A stretch of DNA of 44,398 bases, from IMG/VR virus record IMGVR_UViG_3300015050_000672, positions 1 through 44,398 of that record, one strand, 5' to 3'. The position numbers and the translations under genes were made by a program. Each line of letters opens with the position of its first letter. Within the stretch, counting starts at the first letter, position 1. This document shows positions 43,352 to 44,398 of this stretch, piece after piece. The stretch is from a virus (lineage: Duplodnaviria; Caudoviricetes). Below the pieces are notes generated by a model. That model worked only from the letters and a program-made list of their open reading frames with translations. It was not told the origin of the DNA and did not search any database.

Positions 43352-44284
43352 AAGCTTGTCCGTCACGGTCGGGTCTTCATCGGCGTGCAGGTACGTGTTG
43401 AACAGGTGCTGCGCCGACTTCCAGCCGCCTGCCTTGGCTATCGTCTTAACGCCTACTCCTTTGTCATGCAGCGACGTAGCGAAGCCGTGGCGGCAGCTAT
43501 GAAACGTCAGCGGCTCTATGCCGGCCGCCATCGTGGCGCGCGCCCACGCGTCTCTGGCGGTCGTGTAGGCGATGTCGAAGGGCTCTTTGTCTTTTGGGAG
43601 GTTCGCAAGGGCAATGAAAAGGTCACTTGGCAAGTGAGCCCTCCTCTCGTTCCCAAGCTTTGTTTGTCGAATGAGCACGCTACGTCCTCGAAAATCGACG
43701 TCTTCCCATCGGACAGCAAGAGCCTCAGAGACACGCGCCCCGGTAGCGAACATGAAGAGGGCAAGGACTGCAACGTCTTGGCGGTCCGCGGCGGCACGAA
43801 AGTCATTGATCCACTCCAGGGTTACGGGCTTCTTGATCTTGGTATCGACCTTGAAGCGTTTCATTCGCATCGGCGGGCACAGGTTCAGTTCGGCGCAGTG
43901 ATTGATCACCGCTAGAACGGGAACCAAGACTTGGCGATTGCGGGTCGAGTTTTTGGCGGATGGATACATAGCCACGGCCGACTGCCTGATAGACCCAGCA
44001 TTCATATCCGTGACCTTGGCATCGCCCCAATATTTTGACAATCGGACAAGGTACTTCGACGGCTTCCCCGAACTGAGATATAAAGCGACAGCCTTCGGCC
44101 ATGTTAGCCCCTTTTCTTTCCCATCGAGACCACGTTTCCAGAACTTGTCTTCAATCGCGGACGCAATTCTTTGCGCTGTTTCTTTGTCAGATGCGCCAGT
44201 AGATCCACGGAGTCGATTTCCGGCAAGCGTTCCCCGATACTGCCAGACAGAGCTTCCCGGACGGCGATAGATTTTGAGGGGCAT
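43283..44284 (-). CDS. int: Tyrosine integrase
   Basis: TGARVSEAL (R), QTK (K), HSCRH (HxxR), GGW, TYLH (Y). Confidence 0.95.
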   Translation of the reverse strand: MPLKIYRRPGSSVWQYRGTLAGNRLRGSTGASDKETAQRIASAIEDKFWKRGLDGKEKGLTWPKAVALYLSSGKPSKYLVRLSKYWGDAKVTDMNAGSIRQSAVAMYPSAKNSTRNRQVLVPVLAVINHCAELNLCPPMRMKRFKVDTKIKKPVTLEWINDFRAAADRQDVAVLALFMFATGARVSEALAVRWEDVDFRGRSVLIRQTKLGNERRAHLPSDLFIALANLPKDKEPFDIAYTTARDAWARATMAAGIEPLTFHSCRHGFATSLHDKGVGVKTIAKAGGWKSAQHLFNTYLHADEDPTVTDKLFDTPDDTAKDEGKQDQVVKSAK

Positions 44285-44398
44285 GGCTTGGCAGCTTCCA
44301 TAATGGCGGCGACATCCTCGCCGAGCAGAACCATACGATTACCTAAAATCCGGCACGCGCCAAGACGGCGGGCGAGGTCACGCACCCTTCTTTCCGAC
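44104..44398 (-). CDS. Excisionase-like protein, 3' part (joins 1..176)
   Basis: Same frame as the ORF starting at 176 once circularised; overlaps the int 5' end out of frame. Confidence 0.6.
   Translation of the reverse strand, partial: SERRVRDLARRLGACRILGNRMVLLGEDVAAIMEAAKPCPSKSIAVREALSGSIGERLPEIDSVDLLAHLTKKQRKELRPRLKTSSGNVVSMGKKRG
44276..44398. repeat. Terminal direct repeat, right copy
   Basis: Identical to 1-123. Confidence 0.95.

Overview
This window looks like a complete, circularly assembled temperate phage genome of about 44.3 kb; bases 1-123 are repeated exactly at 44276-44398. The host is most likely an alphaproteobacterium (Hyphomicrobiales/Bradyrhizobium-like), inferred from GcrA- and GapR-like genes. 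The layout is lambdoid: tyrosine integrase with an overlapping Xis-like gene, a leftward early operon (pentapeptide-repeat protein, Rad52/Sak-like annealing protein, SSB, NinB, HNHs, tRNA-Arg), a cI/cro switch with five 15-bp operators, a rightward early operon (GcrA, RusA, GapR, replication protein with iterons, putative late regulator), and a pR'/tR'-like late promoter and terminator. The virion is P22-like podoviral (TerS, TerL, portal, scaffold, coat, adaptor, hub, three ejection proteins, fibres). Next come a lysis cassette, a four-enzyme accessory block (metallophosphoesterase, SprT-like protease, GNAT, DUF4406) and a second fibre/spike module. The least explained signals are RNA-level: two non-canonical tRNA-shaped elements (14601-14715 + and 41907-41981 -) with related unusual D- and T-loop motifs, each among further hairpins, plus a canonical tRNA-Arg(UCU) lying in frame inside an ORF. 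All calls come from reading motifs by eye; no database search was run.
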